A stretch of 64,000 bases of DNA from Candidatus Dormiibacterota bacterium. GTDB lineage: Bacteria; Chloroflexota; Dormibacteria; Aeolococcales; Bog-877. The position numbers and the translations under genes are program-made. Under the pieces are notes generated by a model, which made no database searches, was not told the origin of the DNA, and was given only the letters and a program-made list of their open reading frames with translations. Positions 37,237-46,522 of the stretch are shown in pieces; position 1 is the first letter of the stretch, and each line of letters opens with the position of its first letter. The stretch spans positions 14,110 to 78,109 of the forward strand of contig DAHVDN010000007.1 in the NCBI GenBank assembly GCA_027313505.1, read 5' to 3'.

Positions 37237-37989
37237 ATGTCACTGGTTTTGATACTCACGGAGGAACGCTTCCGCGAGCATGTTGAAGATGTCGTCAGCC
37301 AGACTGGGTTTGAGCTGGCCGACTTTAAGGGCAGCGGCCAGGAGCTGGTGAGTGCCTTGCCAGGGTTTCTGGCATCCACCCCAGATCTGGTCTTGGTTGT
37401 GAGCGAGAGGGCTCACCCCACTTGGGGTCGGACCCTCGATGAGCAGAGTGTGCGGTATTGGTTGGTTCAGGTCGGCCACCCCTCGGGGAACGGGCTGCGC
37501 CCTCCCATCCGTCAGCCCCACCGACATCTATTGGGGCTTGACGGCGCCTCAGAGGGATACCTCTCGCAACTCCTGGACGATTGGCGCGAACGACCACTGG
37601 TCCGGGTGGATTGCTTCACATTCGCCTACCGGGATGGATTGCCCCCGGAGGCAGACTGGGTGCTCGACACCCGGTTCCTGGACAGTCCCTACTGGATCCC
37701 GGAGATGCGCGCCCGGACCGGGCGCGACCCCATGGTGCGCAGGCACATGATGGACCAACCCGGTGCCCGGCAACTGGTCGAGGGGTACCTCGCCATCCTG
37801 ACGGAACTCCTCGACCTGTATCAGGCACAGCGCCGCTCGGTGCTGAGGGTCGCAGTTGGCTGCACGGGAGGCAAGCATCGCTCGGTCGCCATCGCCAGCG
37901 AGCTCGTAGAGCGCATAAACAGGACCGGCAGGGCTACCTCAAGGTACCTGGACCGACCGCCCCTGCACCTCCCCCAGACGCTGGACTGA
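37237..37989 (+). CDS. RapZ/YvcJ C-terminal-domain protein lacking the P-loop NTPase domain
   Basis: C-terminal RVAVGCTGGKHRSVAIASEL is the RapZ C-domain signature. The N-terminal ~100 aa has no GxxGxGKS/T Walker A. Confidence 0.55.
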   Translation: MSLVLILTEERFREHVEDVVSQTGFELADFKGSGQELVSALPGFLASTPDLVLVVSERAHPTWGRTLDEQSVRYWLVQVGHPSGNGLRPPIRQPHRHLLGLDGASEGYLSQLLDDWRERPLVRVDCFTFAYRDGLPPEADWVLDTRFLDSPYWIPEMRARTGRDPMVRRHMMDQPGARQLVEGYLAILTELLDLYQAQRRSVLRVAVGCTGGKHRSVAIASELVERINRTGRATSRYLDRPPLHLPQTLD

Positions 37990-37996
37990 GCCCGCT

Positions 37997-38599
37997 TCAG
38001 CTCAGCTGTGGCCACGCAGCAGTCCGGTCCGCCGAACTGGGTCGACGGGAGTCATCGCCGACGAGAGGCAAAACCGAGCGCATGAGGTCCTCATAGGCGC
38101 CGCGCACCTCGGGATGGCGCATGAGAAGTAGGTGTGCGTATTCATGCACGACCGGGCGCGGCGGCCGGGCCAGCCGCAGGTGCACCTCTTCGGGTAGATG
38201 GTTGGCCTTGCGCCCGTTGCAGCGCCTGCAGGCGACCACCTGGTTTTCCCAACTGTTAGACGAGCCACCTCGAGAGACCGGAACCACGTGATCGATCGTC
38301 AGCTCAAACGGAGCGGCCTGGACGCCACAGTACTGGCAGGTGTGGGCGTCACGCAGCAGCAGATTGCGCCGATTGGCCCGAATCATTCGGCGGGGAATGG
38401 TCACGTTGCGAAGCAGCCGCACAACGATCACCCCCTCCCCTAGCCGCCGCTGCTCGAGCTCCGCCTCCATGGATGCACGTACCCCATCGTCGAAGAAGGC
38501 GACTCGCTCCTTGGTGAGAAGCACCACCAGGCGCCGTCGGCTGATGACGTTGAGCGGCTGCATGGAGGCGTTGAGCAACAGCACCGGCATAGGTGCCAT
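37997..38599 (-). CDS. HNH endonuclease-family protein
   Basis: CQYCG...DHVVPVSRGG...NQVVACRRCN (HNH zinc-finger nuclease core). Confidence 0.8.
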   Translation of the reverse strand: MAPMPVLLLNASMQPLNVISRRRLVVLLTKERVAFFDDGVRASMEAELEQRRLGEGVIVVRLLRNVTIPRRMIRANRRNLLLRDAHTCQYCGVQAAPFELTIDHVVPVSRGGSSNSWENQVVACRRCNGRKANHLPEEVHLRLARPPRPVVHEYAHLLLMRHPEVRGAYEDLMRSVLPLVGDDSRRPSSADRTAAWPQLS

Positions 38600-38791
38600 T
38601 GTGCGCGGTCAAGAGCGTCTAGGAGGGACGCATCCCCAAGTCCACTCTCAGGCCATTTAGGCTGTTTGGCAGGGTGGTGCCCAGGACTGTGAGCACGACT
38701 ACGACCACTGCTGCGACCAGCAGACAAAGCAGGATGTAGCTCGTGACCGATGGCCCGGACGTGGGCGAGGGAAGGCGCGGCTCAAACATCC

Positions 38792-40102
38792 CTAGATCGC
38801 CTCACCGGGCTCAGCTTCGAGTGACCACCCTCCGCTCGCCTTAATCGCCACGCCCCTCATTAGCCACCTTCCCGACTCGCAGGACAGCGCCCACGGGAGC
38901 TGCCGCGCAACCTCCTGCCGCCTCATGACCCTGGCAATGTAGTGCTCCTCAGAAGCCTCCGGAAGGGCTCTGGCGCACATCTCCAAGGCCGCCTCGGCGG
39001 ACGCCGTATCGATGCCGAGCACGGTTCCACCGTCAGCTCTCGGCAGAGCCCCGAGAAGCGTGGCCAAGTCGGCCGACCCCGGATCGATTACCAAAAGCGG
39101 ATCACCTTTTAGGGCCACCTCTAAAGCACCCTCGGCACCGGCGACGAGATCGGCCCATGCGGAAGGAGTCCAGCCACCGGCTCCGCGGCCCCGGAAAGCC
39201 CTGGGCCGAGTGGCGCTGCCCTGCAGGGTGTCGGCAATTGCCCGCATCGCGAGCTGCGGGCGACGGGCCGCAAGCAGGACTGCCCCCCCTGCGGACACCA
39301 CCTTCTCGACCCCAGCCAGCACCTCCTGTCCGATCTCGACACCCCTGGACACAACCACACCCACAACCGGTCTCTCCACCAAGGGGGGCGTGATGAAGTC
39401 CAATTGGAGGTCACCCACGTAGCCCCAACCGGTGCAATGATCATCACTCAGGTCCAAGGCCCTACGAACGGTGCGAACGGCATCCTCGATCTCCCCGAGA
39501 CGAAGCGGATCCTGCTGCGAGCTGAAGACTCGATTCCGGCGGCCCTCGACGGGGAAGCCTTCGACCAGCCTTACCGCATCGGCGCCACTTTCCAGAAGGG
39601 GCCGGGCCAACCGCGGCGCCCCGGTCAGGTCCAGGCCGGAGACTCTTGGGGTCTCGATCGGAATCGGAGGTATCGCAGAGCTGGCAGACGGCGGCAGCGG
39701 CACCCCACGGGATGCTCCCGGATCGCGCCATTCGCCCAATGTCGGACTCATGGAGAGCGGTGGCGCTGTCGGTGCAACCCGAGCAGTGGCCTGAACCAAG
39801 GTCAGCTGAACTCCCGCAACCCGCAGGGTCCCACCAATGGGGAGTACCGCCCGGCCTCCGGGCGCAAGCCTGCGACCGTCGACCCATGTCCCACTGACCC
39901 CGCCCAGGTCGTGAACCTCAACTCCTCCCTCGTCGAGGAACAGCTCACAGTGCCGGTTGTCCACTCCCTCCTGAGGGTCCAAGTGACTAACGTCGACATC
40001 GGGCACGGCGCCACCGGGTGTGGCACGACCGAGAAGGATCGGATACCGCTCCAAAGTGACGGTGGCGCCGTCAGTTGCGCGCAGGGAGAACGGTCCGTTC
40101 AT
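38792..40102 (-). CDS. FHA-domain protein with an uncharacterised (possibly degenerate ATPase-like) C-terminal domain
   Basis: N-terminal FHA: ILLGRATPGG...VSHLDPQEGVDNRHCELFLDEGGVEVHDLGGVSGTWVDGRRL. A Pro-rich linker follows, then a C-terminal ~250 aa with no Walker A. Confidence 0.7.
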   Translation of the reverse strand: MNGPFSLRATDGATVTLERYPILLGRATPGGAVPDVDVSHLDPQEGVDNRHCELFLDEGGVEVHDLGGVSGTWVDGRRLAPGGRAVLPIGGTLRVAGVQLTLVQATARVAPTAPPLSMSPTLGEWRDPGASRGVPLPPSASSAIPPIPIETPRVSGLDLTGAPRLARPLLESGADAVRLVEGFPVEGRRNRVFSSQQDPLRLGEIEDAVRTVRRALDLSDDHCTGWGYVGDLQLDFITPPLVERPVVGVVVSRGVEIGQEVLAGVEKVVSAGGAVLLAARRPQLAMRAIADTLQGSATRPRAFRGRGAGGWTPSAWADLVAGAEGALEVALKGDPLLVIDPGSADLATLLGALPRADGGTVLGIDTASAEAALEMCARALPEASEEHYIARVMRRQEVARQLPWALSCESGRWLMRGVAIKASGGWSLEAEPGEAI

Positions 40103-40132
40103 CGACTCAGAGCTCAGCGACCCGCAGCCCGC

Positions 40133-41104
40133 TCACTGAGGCTCCAGCCCGCGCGCCCGCAGCTCCTCGATGAGGGCGGGGAGTACCTTGAGCACATCCC
40201 CCACGATACCCAGATCACTCAGCTTGAATATGGGTGCGTCCCGATCTCGGTTGATTGCCACAATGTGCCCTGCACTCTTCATTCCCACCGTATGCTGCAT
40301 CGCTCCGCTGATACCACAGGCAATGTACAGGTCCGGCTTCACCGTCTTACCGGTCTGCCCCACCTGACGAGCGTAGGGAACCCAACCCGCGTCCACCACC
40401 GCTCGGCTGGCGCCAACTGCCCCCTGCAGCTGACTGGCGAGCTGGTCTAAGAGAGCGAAGTTTGACGGCTCCTGGAGTCCCCGACCTCCGCTTATGACCA
40501 CCCGGGCCTCCTCCAGCTTCGGCCCCGAGGTTGGGGCCACGACCGACTCCAGTCGGCGCGCACCCAAAGGCGACCCGGCAGGCAGGGACACCTCGACCAA
40601 CCGTGGTGGTGGTCCGCCAAAACCGACGGCCTGGTAGGACTTGGGGCGGACGAGGACGCAAGGGGTGGGACCACGGACCTCAGTGGTCACGTTCAAGGTC
40701 GCGCCGAAGATCGAGCTGCACACCGAAAATCCGCCCGCTGCCGTCGAGATACCGGTGGCGTTGGCTACCACGGTGGAGCCCAACTGAGCGGACAGGTGCC
40801 CACAGATATCTCTGCCGTCGTAAGTCGCGCCGAAAATGAGCAGATCGGGGCGATGCTGCTCCACCAAGCTGGCGAGCACCGCCGCATGGGGCTGCGCGAC
40901 GTGCGTGCCGTAAGCCTCGTCCGTGCCCAGATAGACGGTCGTGGCTCCGAACTCCCCCAAGGTCTCTGTAACCAATCGAGCCTGGGGATTCAAGACCACC
41001 GCTTCCAGCTCCCCCCCGAGGCCCCTCGCCCCTGTCATCACCTCGAGGGAGATGGGGCTCACCTCCTCCTTTGCGAGCTCTACGAATACCCAAATTTTGC
41101 TCAT
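40133..41104 (-). CDS. etfA: Electron transfer flavoprotein subunit alpha
   Basis: C-terminal FAD-binding region DLYIACGISGAMQHTVGMKSAGHIVAINRDRDAPIF. Confidence 0.9.
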   Translation of the reverse strand: MSKIWVFVELAKEEVSPISLEVMTGARGLGGELEAVVLNPQARLVTETLGEFGATTVYLGTDEAYGTHVAQPHAAVLASLVEQHRPDLLIFGATYDGRDICGHLSAQLGSTVVANATGISTAAGGFSVCSSIFGATLNVTTEVRGPTPCVLVRPKSYQAVGFGGPPPRLVEVSLPAGSPLGARRLESVVAPTSGPKLEEARVVISGGRGLQEPSNFALLDQLASQLQGAVGASRAVVDAGWVPYARQVGQTGKTVKPDLYIACGISGAMQHTVGMKSAGHIVAINRDRDAPIFKLSDLGIVGDVLKVLPALIEELRARGLEPQ

Positions 41105-41105
41105 T

Positions 41106-41885
41106 TCAGATCAACTTCAGCTCGGCCAAATACTCGGCGATGACCAGGGCCGCAGAGCCGTCGTCCTCCACGATCCGCCCGGCGTCGCGTTGAGGTGCCG
41201 GCTGGATCAGCGTTACCCGCTGGTGACCCTGCTCCTCGGCGATTAGATCAGCGTCCATGCCCAGCCCGCTGAGGTCGAGTCGTTCCAGCGGACGACCCCG
41301 GGCACCCATGATCCCCTTCAGCGTGGGATATCGAGGCTCATTGATGCCGCCGGTCACCGTCACCACGGCCGGGAGGTCGGCCTCCACCACGTCGTGGCCA
41401 TTCGGCGTCTGGCGGTGGATCAGCACCGTCCTGCCCTCGACCTCCAGCTTCTTGGCAAACGTGAGTGATGGCCACCCCAGCAGCTCGGCGACCGCAGCTG
41501 GAACGGTGCCTGTGTAGCCGTCGGTTGATTCGGTGCAGGCGATGACCAGCTCGGCGGCCGAGCTCCTCACGGCCGCGGCCAGCGCTCGGGCGGTGGTCAG
41601 CGCATCCGCACCGGCCAGCAGTGGATCGCAAATGTGGATGCCGGACGCCGCCCCCATCGCCATGGCTTTTCGAACCACGTCGACGGCCTGCTCGCCCCCC
41701 ATCGAGATTGCAACCACCTCCCCGGCAGTGGCCTCTGCGATACGCAGCCCCGCCTCGACGCCATATGCGTCTCCGGGGTCCAACACCACCTCTCCTCCTT
41801 CTCGAACCAAGCGGTTGGTGCTGAGATCCAGTTTCCCAGGCGCCGACGGGTCAGGAATCTGCTTCACAAAGACGGCTATCTTCAA
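41106..41885 (-). CDS. etfB: Electron transfer flavoprotein subunit beta
   Basis: MKIAVFVKQIPD...; stop is 1 nt from the etfA start. Confidence 0.9.
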   Translation of the reverse strand: MKIAVFVKQIPDPSAPGKLDLSTNRLVREGGEVVLDPGDAYGVEAGLRIAEATAGEVVAISMGGEQAVDVVRKAMAMGAASGIHICDPLLAGADALTTARALAAAVRSSAAELVIACTESTDGYTGTVPAAVAELLGWPSLTFAKKLEVEGRTVLIHRQTPNGHDVVEADLPAVVTVTGGINEPRYPTLKGIMGARGRPLERLDLSGLGMDADLIAEEQGHQRVTLIQPAPQRDAGRIVEDDGSAALVIAEYLAELKLI

Positions 41886-42056
41886 TACGAAAACGTCCCC
41901 TTAACGCAGTCGAAGCGGGCGGCTAGGGTCAATCTTAGCCCTACCGGAAGGGAGCCCGGCCGCACTTCAGTGGGAGGGGCTTGGTCCGGTCGGCCTTATA
42001 ATCGCCAGGCCCAAGGTGGGCTGGTCAGGTCCGTCAGCTCAAGGCGGATCGCCATT

Positions 42057-42134
42057 GGCCCCGTGGTGTAGCTGGCCTAACACGCCACCCTGTCAAGGTG
42101 GAGATCGGCGGTTCGAATCCGCTCGGGGTCGCCA
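42057..42134 (+). tRNA. tRNA-Asp (anticodon GUC)
   Basis: GGCCCCG acceptor, D arm GTGT/ACAC, anticodon arm CCACC-CTGTCAA-GGTGG, T loop TTCGAAT, discriminator G plus CCA. Confidence 0.9.
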
Positions 42135-42145
42135 CCTCCTCGCAC

Positions 42146-42712
42146 CTACGGCACTGGGTCGGGGTAGATTCGAAACCCGGCGAGGACTCGATGCCGGAGA
42201 CTTTCGTAGAAGGGCAGCGCGGCCCCGTCAGCGAGAAGGTCCAGCCGTTCCCCGCCCGCGGCCGTCAGCGCACTGAGCAGAAGGGTACGCCCCAGGCCGG
42301 TTCGGCGACGATGAGCAGCGACAAGGAGAAGGGCACAGTAGGCCTGTATCTCCCCATCTGAGAGAACCTGGCAGACCCCGATCACCTGTTCTGAATCCCT
42401 CGCCACCATGGTTGTCGATCCGGGACTCGTAAGTGCCCTGAGAGCACGCTCAGGGTCTGTCGGCAAGCTGAGCCACCGCTCGGCGGTGCAGAGCTCTAGC
42501 ACGCCTGGCAAATCCTGAGGGACGACCGGCGCGATCTCCCAACGGGGTGCCGCTAGGTCAGCAGTCGTGCATCGATGTGGATCGGTTATGGCAGCGTCTC
42601 CCCGCGCAACGCACGCAACGCACGCTACGCCCAGCGATTGTAGAGACGGATTATAGACAAATTTCCCTCGTTTACCGCTCCAAACAGAGCGCTCGGTGAA
42701 CCAAGGGGCCAC
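42146..42712 (-). CDS. GNAT-family N-acetyltransferase
   Basis: C-terminal acetyl-CoA-binding motif AHRRRTGLGRTLL (Q/RxxGxG/A); start uncertain. Confidence 0.6.
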   Translation of the reverse strand: MAPWFTERSVWSGKRGKFVYNPSLQSLGVACVACVARGDAAITDPHRCTTADLAAPRWEIAPVVPQDLPGVLELCTAERWLSLPTDPERALRALTSPGSTTMVARDSEQVIGVCQVLSDGEIQAYCALLLVAAHRRRTGLGRTLLLSALTAAGGERLDLLADGAALPFYESLRHRVLAGFRIYPDPVP

Positions 42713-42870
42713 CCGGTTGCCTAATGGTCTAGCTGGCGGGTCGGGCGCCTAATCGAGGGGCGACCGAACCATGGTCCCGGGTCCCGCGGTGCTGCCGACG
42801 CACCAGCTTGTCCCCGCCTGCCCGCTCCCCGTGTCCGTCGACGGTCCGAACGGAAGCGTGCTGTTCTCCC

Positions 42871-43089
42871 TCAGGGGCCCACCTCGGTAACGAGCCTTAG
42901 GGCCTGTTCAGGGCACGCCGCCACGGCACGTTTGGCCAGCTTCGACTGCTCAGGGTCGTAGTCAGGGGATGCAAGCAGGACGGGGAAACCCCAGTCATCC
43001 AGATCGATCAGGCGCGGCGCGATCAAGGCGCATATCCCATGCCCCTTACAGCGAACCGCATCGACCAGGAGCTTTCCCATCAGCGCCAC
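42871..43089 (-). CDS. Small ferredoxin (single-cluster 3Fe-4S/4Fe-4S type)
   Basis: 72 aa; CKGHGICA...ACPEQA cluster ligands. Start overlaps the NuoF-like gene end by 10 nt. Confidence 0.7.
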   Translation of the reverse strand: MALMGKLLVDAVRCKGHGICALIAPRLIDLDDWGFPVLLASPDYDPEQSKLAKRAVAACPEQALRLVTEVGP

Positions 43090-44453
43090 CCCGCACCACT
43101 TGGGGTAGGCACGCGGAAGGTCGGTAGATGCGATTTTCGATCGCAGGGGCCGCGCCGAATGTGACGCTCCACATCATCGGCGAAGACTGCCAAGGCATAC
43201 TGGAGCAATAGCGCAGCCCCGTCCGGATGATGGCAGGCCCCGCGATCGGCGAAAGTGGCTGACCGACGTAACAGCTGGCGCACATCACGTCGACTGACCC
43301 TTCCGAAGGCCAGCTCCGACATCCCCTCGGCGAGCCTGGGCAACCCGAATATGCAGGGGCCACACTGGCCGGCGCTCTCGCTCGCCAGATACCCCAGCAG
43401 CCGTGCCGTCTCCGCGAGGCCGCAGGCCTCCCACGGTAGGATGCCGAGTAGGCCGCACCCCAAAGACAATCCCCTAGCGAGCAGTTGGTCGCGGGCGAGC
43501 GGCTGGTCCCAGGCATCCCTGCCATCTACCCATCGCCCGGCATAACCGCCCAACAGCACCGCTCGAGGAGGGGCATCAAGGCCCGCCCGATCGGTCAGCA
43601 GCTGGCCCACAGTCACCGCCCCTCCGACCTCGAAGACCCTGGGCCCCGGGGGGGTAGCGCCGGCCAGTGTCACCAGGGTCGACCCCGCGGCCCCACTGGT
43701 TCCTGCCAACCTGAACCACCAGGGGCCGCGGCGGGCGATCAGGGCCAGGTGACCCATGGTCTCGGCGTTATGCAGAAGCGTCGGTCGGCCGTGGATTCCT
43801 GCTCGCGCGGCGCGCCGGTCGGTGAGCGGGCGAGCGTCGCCGTCCTCCAGGAAGTGAATGATGGCGCTGGACTCGCCAGCCACGTATCGAGACGGGCCGT
43901 AGGAGATGTCCATGCGAGGCTCGGTCAGACGGGCGCGGCGGCGCTCCTGCACCGCGTTCTTGAGACTAGTGATGGCGCTCCTGGACTCCCGATGGACATG
44001 GATGATCACCTGGTCGGCGTTGACTGCCTCCGCTGCCACCACCGCTCCGTCAAGTACCAGGTGGGGACGCAGCGCCATCAGAGTCCGATCCTTGTGACTT
44101 GCAGGCTCGCTTTCTGAGCCGTTCACCACCACCAAGGGACTGCCTCCCCGCGCCGCCACCGTGCGCATCTTGACGGCCGCGGGGAACCCAGCACCCCCGC
44201 GGCCCTGAAGCCCGCTCTCCTCGACGACCCGGCGTATGTGGGCGGCGTCTCCCAATCCGGGCAGCGGTCCGAGACGGTCTAGGTGATCTACTAAGGACTC
44301 CATACCGGCCACGGCCTTCGGCCCGGCCAGGATGCGACTCCCGGCCTCACCGACCCCGGCCAGCAGCTGGTCCGGATTGCTGGCGAGCTCATCCGGAACA
44401 ACTGGGGTTTGTGGATTGGTCAAGGACAGCAAGTCGGTGTGGACACCACTCAC
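43080..44453 (-). CDS. NuoF-like NADH-binding FMN/4Fe-4S flavoprotein (complex I 51-kDa subunit paralogue)
   Basis: GRGGAGFPAAVK (NADH-binding GRGGAGFPTG), VVNGSESEPASHKDRTLM, and ESAGQCGPCIFG (N3 cluster ESCGxCxPC). Confidence 0.85.
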   Translation of the reverse strand: MSGVHTDLLSLTNPQTPVVPDELASNPDQLLAGVGEAGSRILAGPKAVAGMESLVDHLDRLGPLPGLGDAAHIRRVVEESGLQGRGGAGFPAAVKMRTVAARGGSPLVVVNGSESEPASHKDRTLMALRPHLVLDGAVVAAEAVNADQVIIHVHRESRSAITSLKNAVQERRRARLTEPRMDISYGPSRYVAGESSAIIHFLEDGDARPLTDRRAARAGIHGRPTLLHNAETMGHLALIARRGPWWFRLAGTSGAAGSTLVTLAGATPPGPRVFEVGGAVTVGQLLTDRAGLDAPPRAVLLGGYAGRWVDGRDAWDQPLARDQLLARGLSLGCGLLGILPWEACGLAETARLLGYLASESAGQCGPCIFGLPRLAEGMSELAFGRVSRRDVRQLLRRSATFADRGACHHPDGAALLLQYALAVFADDVERHIRRGPCDRKSHLPTFRVPTPSGAGWR

Positions 44454-45163
44454 AAATATGCGTCCCCATGACCGGGATAGGAGGTGGCAGCGCTGGGTTG
44501 CCCGGGACTCGAGGGCGGCTCCAACCGGCTCGCGCCAAACCGAGTGGCCACCACGACCAGCAGCACACCTCCGGTGACCACGTACATCGGTCGCAGCACT
44601 CCGGTGTCACTCCCTGCCAACACACTGTGCAACCAAGCCAAAGCCACCGCCAGGAGTGCCAACCGATGAACTGCAAGCCAGTGGCGCCCGAAAAAACGGC
44701 CCGCCAGGGCAGCGGTAATCCCCATCGCGGCGCCGAGATACAAACTCACAGAACCCAGACCGACCGCGAACGGACGGTACGTCGCCTTTCCAGGTGCGAT
44801 CACCCCCAGCCATCCGACGCCGGCAAATGTATCCAGGGCGAATACGATGACGTGCCCCGCAACCAGGATGCAGGCAGCCACTGCCAAGGCGACATGAAGC
44901 CGCAGCAGGACTGCTGGATGGAGGACCGGTCGCCGCCATCTCCATGGGTGACGGAACCAAGTACCGACCAGAGCGAGAGCGACGATGTCCAGGTAGGCTG
45001 CCAGTCCCAGCCCCCGTCCCAGGATCCAGGGCATCATCCGGTCGTGCAGTGCGGGCTCCACCAGCGTTATGAGGAGTGCAGCAGTTACTGCCCCACCAAG
45101 TGCCGCGACCACCGCGGATGCGCCGTGGTGAGGGACCCGAGGCAAGCTGCCACCGGCCTTCAC
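44450..45163 (-). CDS. Ferric-reductase-domain (MsrQ/YedZ-like) di-haem b membrane protein
   Basis: Six TM helices. Two helices each carry a His pair 13-14 residues apart (LHVALAVAACILVAGHV; HRLALLAVALAWLHSV). ATGA overlaps on both sides (45160-45163 and 44450-44453). Confidence 0.7.
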   Translation of the reverse strand: MKAGGSLPRVPHHGASAVVAALGGAVTAALLITLVEPALHDRMMPWILGRGLGLAAYLDIVALALVGTWFRHPWRWRRPVLHPAVLLRLHVALAVAACILVAGHVIVFALDTFAGVGWLGVIAPGKATYRPFAVGLGSVSLYLGAAMGITAALAGRFFGRHWLAVHRLALLAVALAWLHSVLAGSDTGVLRPMYVVTGGVLLVVVATRFGASRLEPPSSPGQPSAATSYPGHGDAYL

Positions 45164-46146
45164 GCGCGACGCCAGACTAGGAATGGAGCCATGGCCCTGC
45201 TGATGGCGAGACCGCCACCGTCGTCAATCCACAGCGCGGCCAGCCCTCGCTCGTCGGAGAACCGTTGCACCCCCTCGGACCCTTCAAGGAAGAGGGATTT
45301 GCTCCAGACCTCAGCGATAGCCGGATCCTTGTCGATGACCGTCACGGCTCTCAGGCCAGATCCTCCTGGCAGGCCGGTTCGAGGGTCGATCAGGTGGTGG
45401 ACCAGGGTTCCTCCCGCTTCCCAGTGACGCAGGCGGATCGAGGATGTGGCACATGCTCGATCAGATAGCTCCAACACCGCCACCGGCTCGCTGTCTCCAA
45501 AGGGGTCCTCGACTCCGACTTTCCAGAGGTCACCGGCGGGTGCTCTGCCTGCGCAGTAACAGTCTCCGCCCGCCTCCACGAGATGGTCAGGGGCGACTGC
45601 CCTCAGCCTCTGGCTTGCCCAGCGAACTGCAAGGCCCTTCCCAATACCGCCGAGATCGACTGGGCGGCCACCTAGCAACACAGTCCTTCGGACCCGTCGA
45701 AATCGTGGTCGCCACTCGCCCATGGGACGCCTCGCCAGTGGGCTTCGCACCCCGGTCTGAACCGGACCGGAACCGAAGGGCAGGGAGTGGTCGTAGCCCA
45801 GGCGCGTTAGGTCCCCCATGATGCGAGGGTCGAAGCGGCCCTGGGTAAGCAGGTAGGCCCGATAGGCCTCCGAAATGGCCCGAAAGCATGGGGGTGGGAC
45901 CCTGCGCCAGCTGTCGGGGGCGGCATTCGCCAGCATAAGTGGGCTGGTCGGGACGAACCGGGTACAGCTCTTCTCTACCTCCTCAAAGACCTTCAGCGCA
46001 TGATCGACCGCGCGCTCCGGAGTCGCTCTGTCGGCGCTTGCTAGAGCCCGGATGCTGATGCTGCTGGCCATTGCGACGGCAGTCCCGGAAACCTCCACCG
46101 GTGCCCTGTCAGGGAACGGCAACCCCAGAGGCTCCAGTCGTCGCAT
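45160..46146 (-). CDS. apbE: FAD:protein FMN transferase
   Basis: ApbE-fold motifs (GTAVAMASSISIRA near the N-terminus; DLGGIGKGLAV; VEAGGD). No signal peptide is visible from the ATG at 46146; the longer track ORF (to 46428) is R/P-rich upstream. Confidence 0.85.
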   Translation of the reverse strand: MRRLEPLGLPFPDRAPVEVSGTAVAMASSISIRALASADRATPERAVDHALKVFEEVEKSCTRFVPTSPLMLANAAPDSWRRVPPPCFRAISEAYRAYLLTQGRFDPRIMGDLTRLGYDHSLPFGSGPVQTGVRSPLARRPMGEWRPRFRRVRRTVLLGGRPVDLGGIGKGLAVRWASQRLRAVAPDHLVEAGGDCYCAGRAPAGDLWKVGVEDPFGDSEPVAVLELSDRACATSSIRLRHWEAGGTLVHHLIDPRTGLPGGSGLRAVTVIDKDPAIAEVWSKSLFLEGSEGVQRFSDERGLAALWIDDGGGLAISRAMAPFLVWRRA

Positions 46147-46522
46147 GCACCGTTGGAGCGGCGGGTAAGGGGGGCAGCGGGGAGCCCGCCAAGTGAGCGA
46201 TCTGCCGTTCGTCGGAGTCGATGCGCTCCTGCAACCGCTGCACCTGCACCTGAGTCTTGAGCCACGCCGCCTGAGCCGCGGTCTGAGGTGAGGCTCCGTG
46301 GGGGGTGACGTTGGCCCCCGGTGTCGACGAGGCCGCCCAGCTGATCGCGCCCATCGTGGCCAACCCGGTGGCGGCGGCGGCCGCCCACGGAGTGATTCGG
46401 CGACGGAGAGCGCGGCGCCATCGCTCACTCCGTAGCGCCGCCGCTCTCAGGTCAGTTGTCGCCGCCACTTCCACCTCCGTCCCCGCTCGAGGAGCCGCTG
46501 GCGCCGGTGGTGGTATGGACAA
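46109..46522 (-). CDS. Tat-signal mini-protein A with C-terminal VHATTGASG (putative ApbE flavinylation site)
   Basis: RRRITPWAAAAATGLATMGAISWAASS Tat-like signal, a coiled-coil-like middle and a C-terminus PTVHATTGASGVAVP. It is a paralogue of the next ORF with different synonymous codons at the motif. Its 3' end overlaps the apbE start in another frame; its own start is uncertain. Confidence 0.45.
   Translation of the reverse strand: MSIPPPAPAAPRAGTEVEVAATTDLRAAALRSERWRRALRRRITPWAAAAATGLATMGAISWAASSTPGANVTPHGASPQTAAQAAWLKTQVQVQRLQERIDSDERQIAHLAGSPLPPLPAAPTVHATTGASGVAVP

Noticed and set aside
43485-44117. 210-aa plus-strand ORF, and 44411-45427 338-aa plus-strand ORF
   Set aside because: Antisense to the NuoF-like and ferric-reductase-domain/ApbE genes; R/G/P-rich.
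45160-46428. Long form of apbE (422 aa)
   Set aside because: The first 94 codons are R/P/S-rich with no signal peptide or ApbE similarity, and would overlap mini-protein A entirely. Met at 46146 immediately precedes the conserved GTAVAMASS block.
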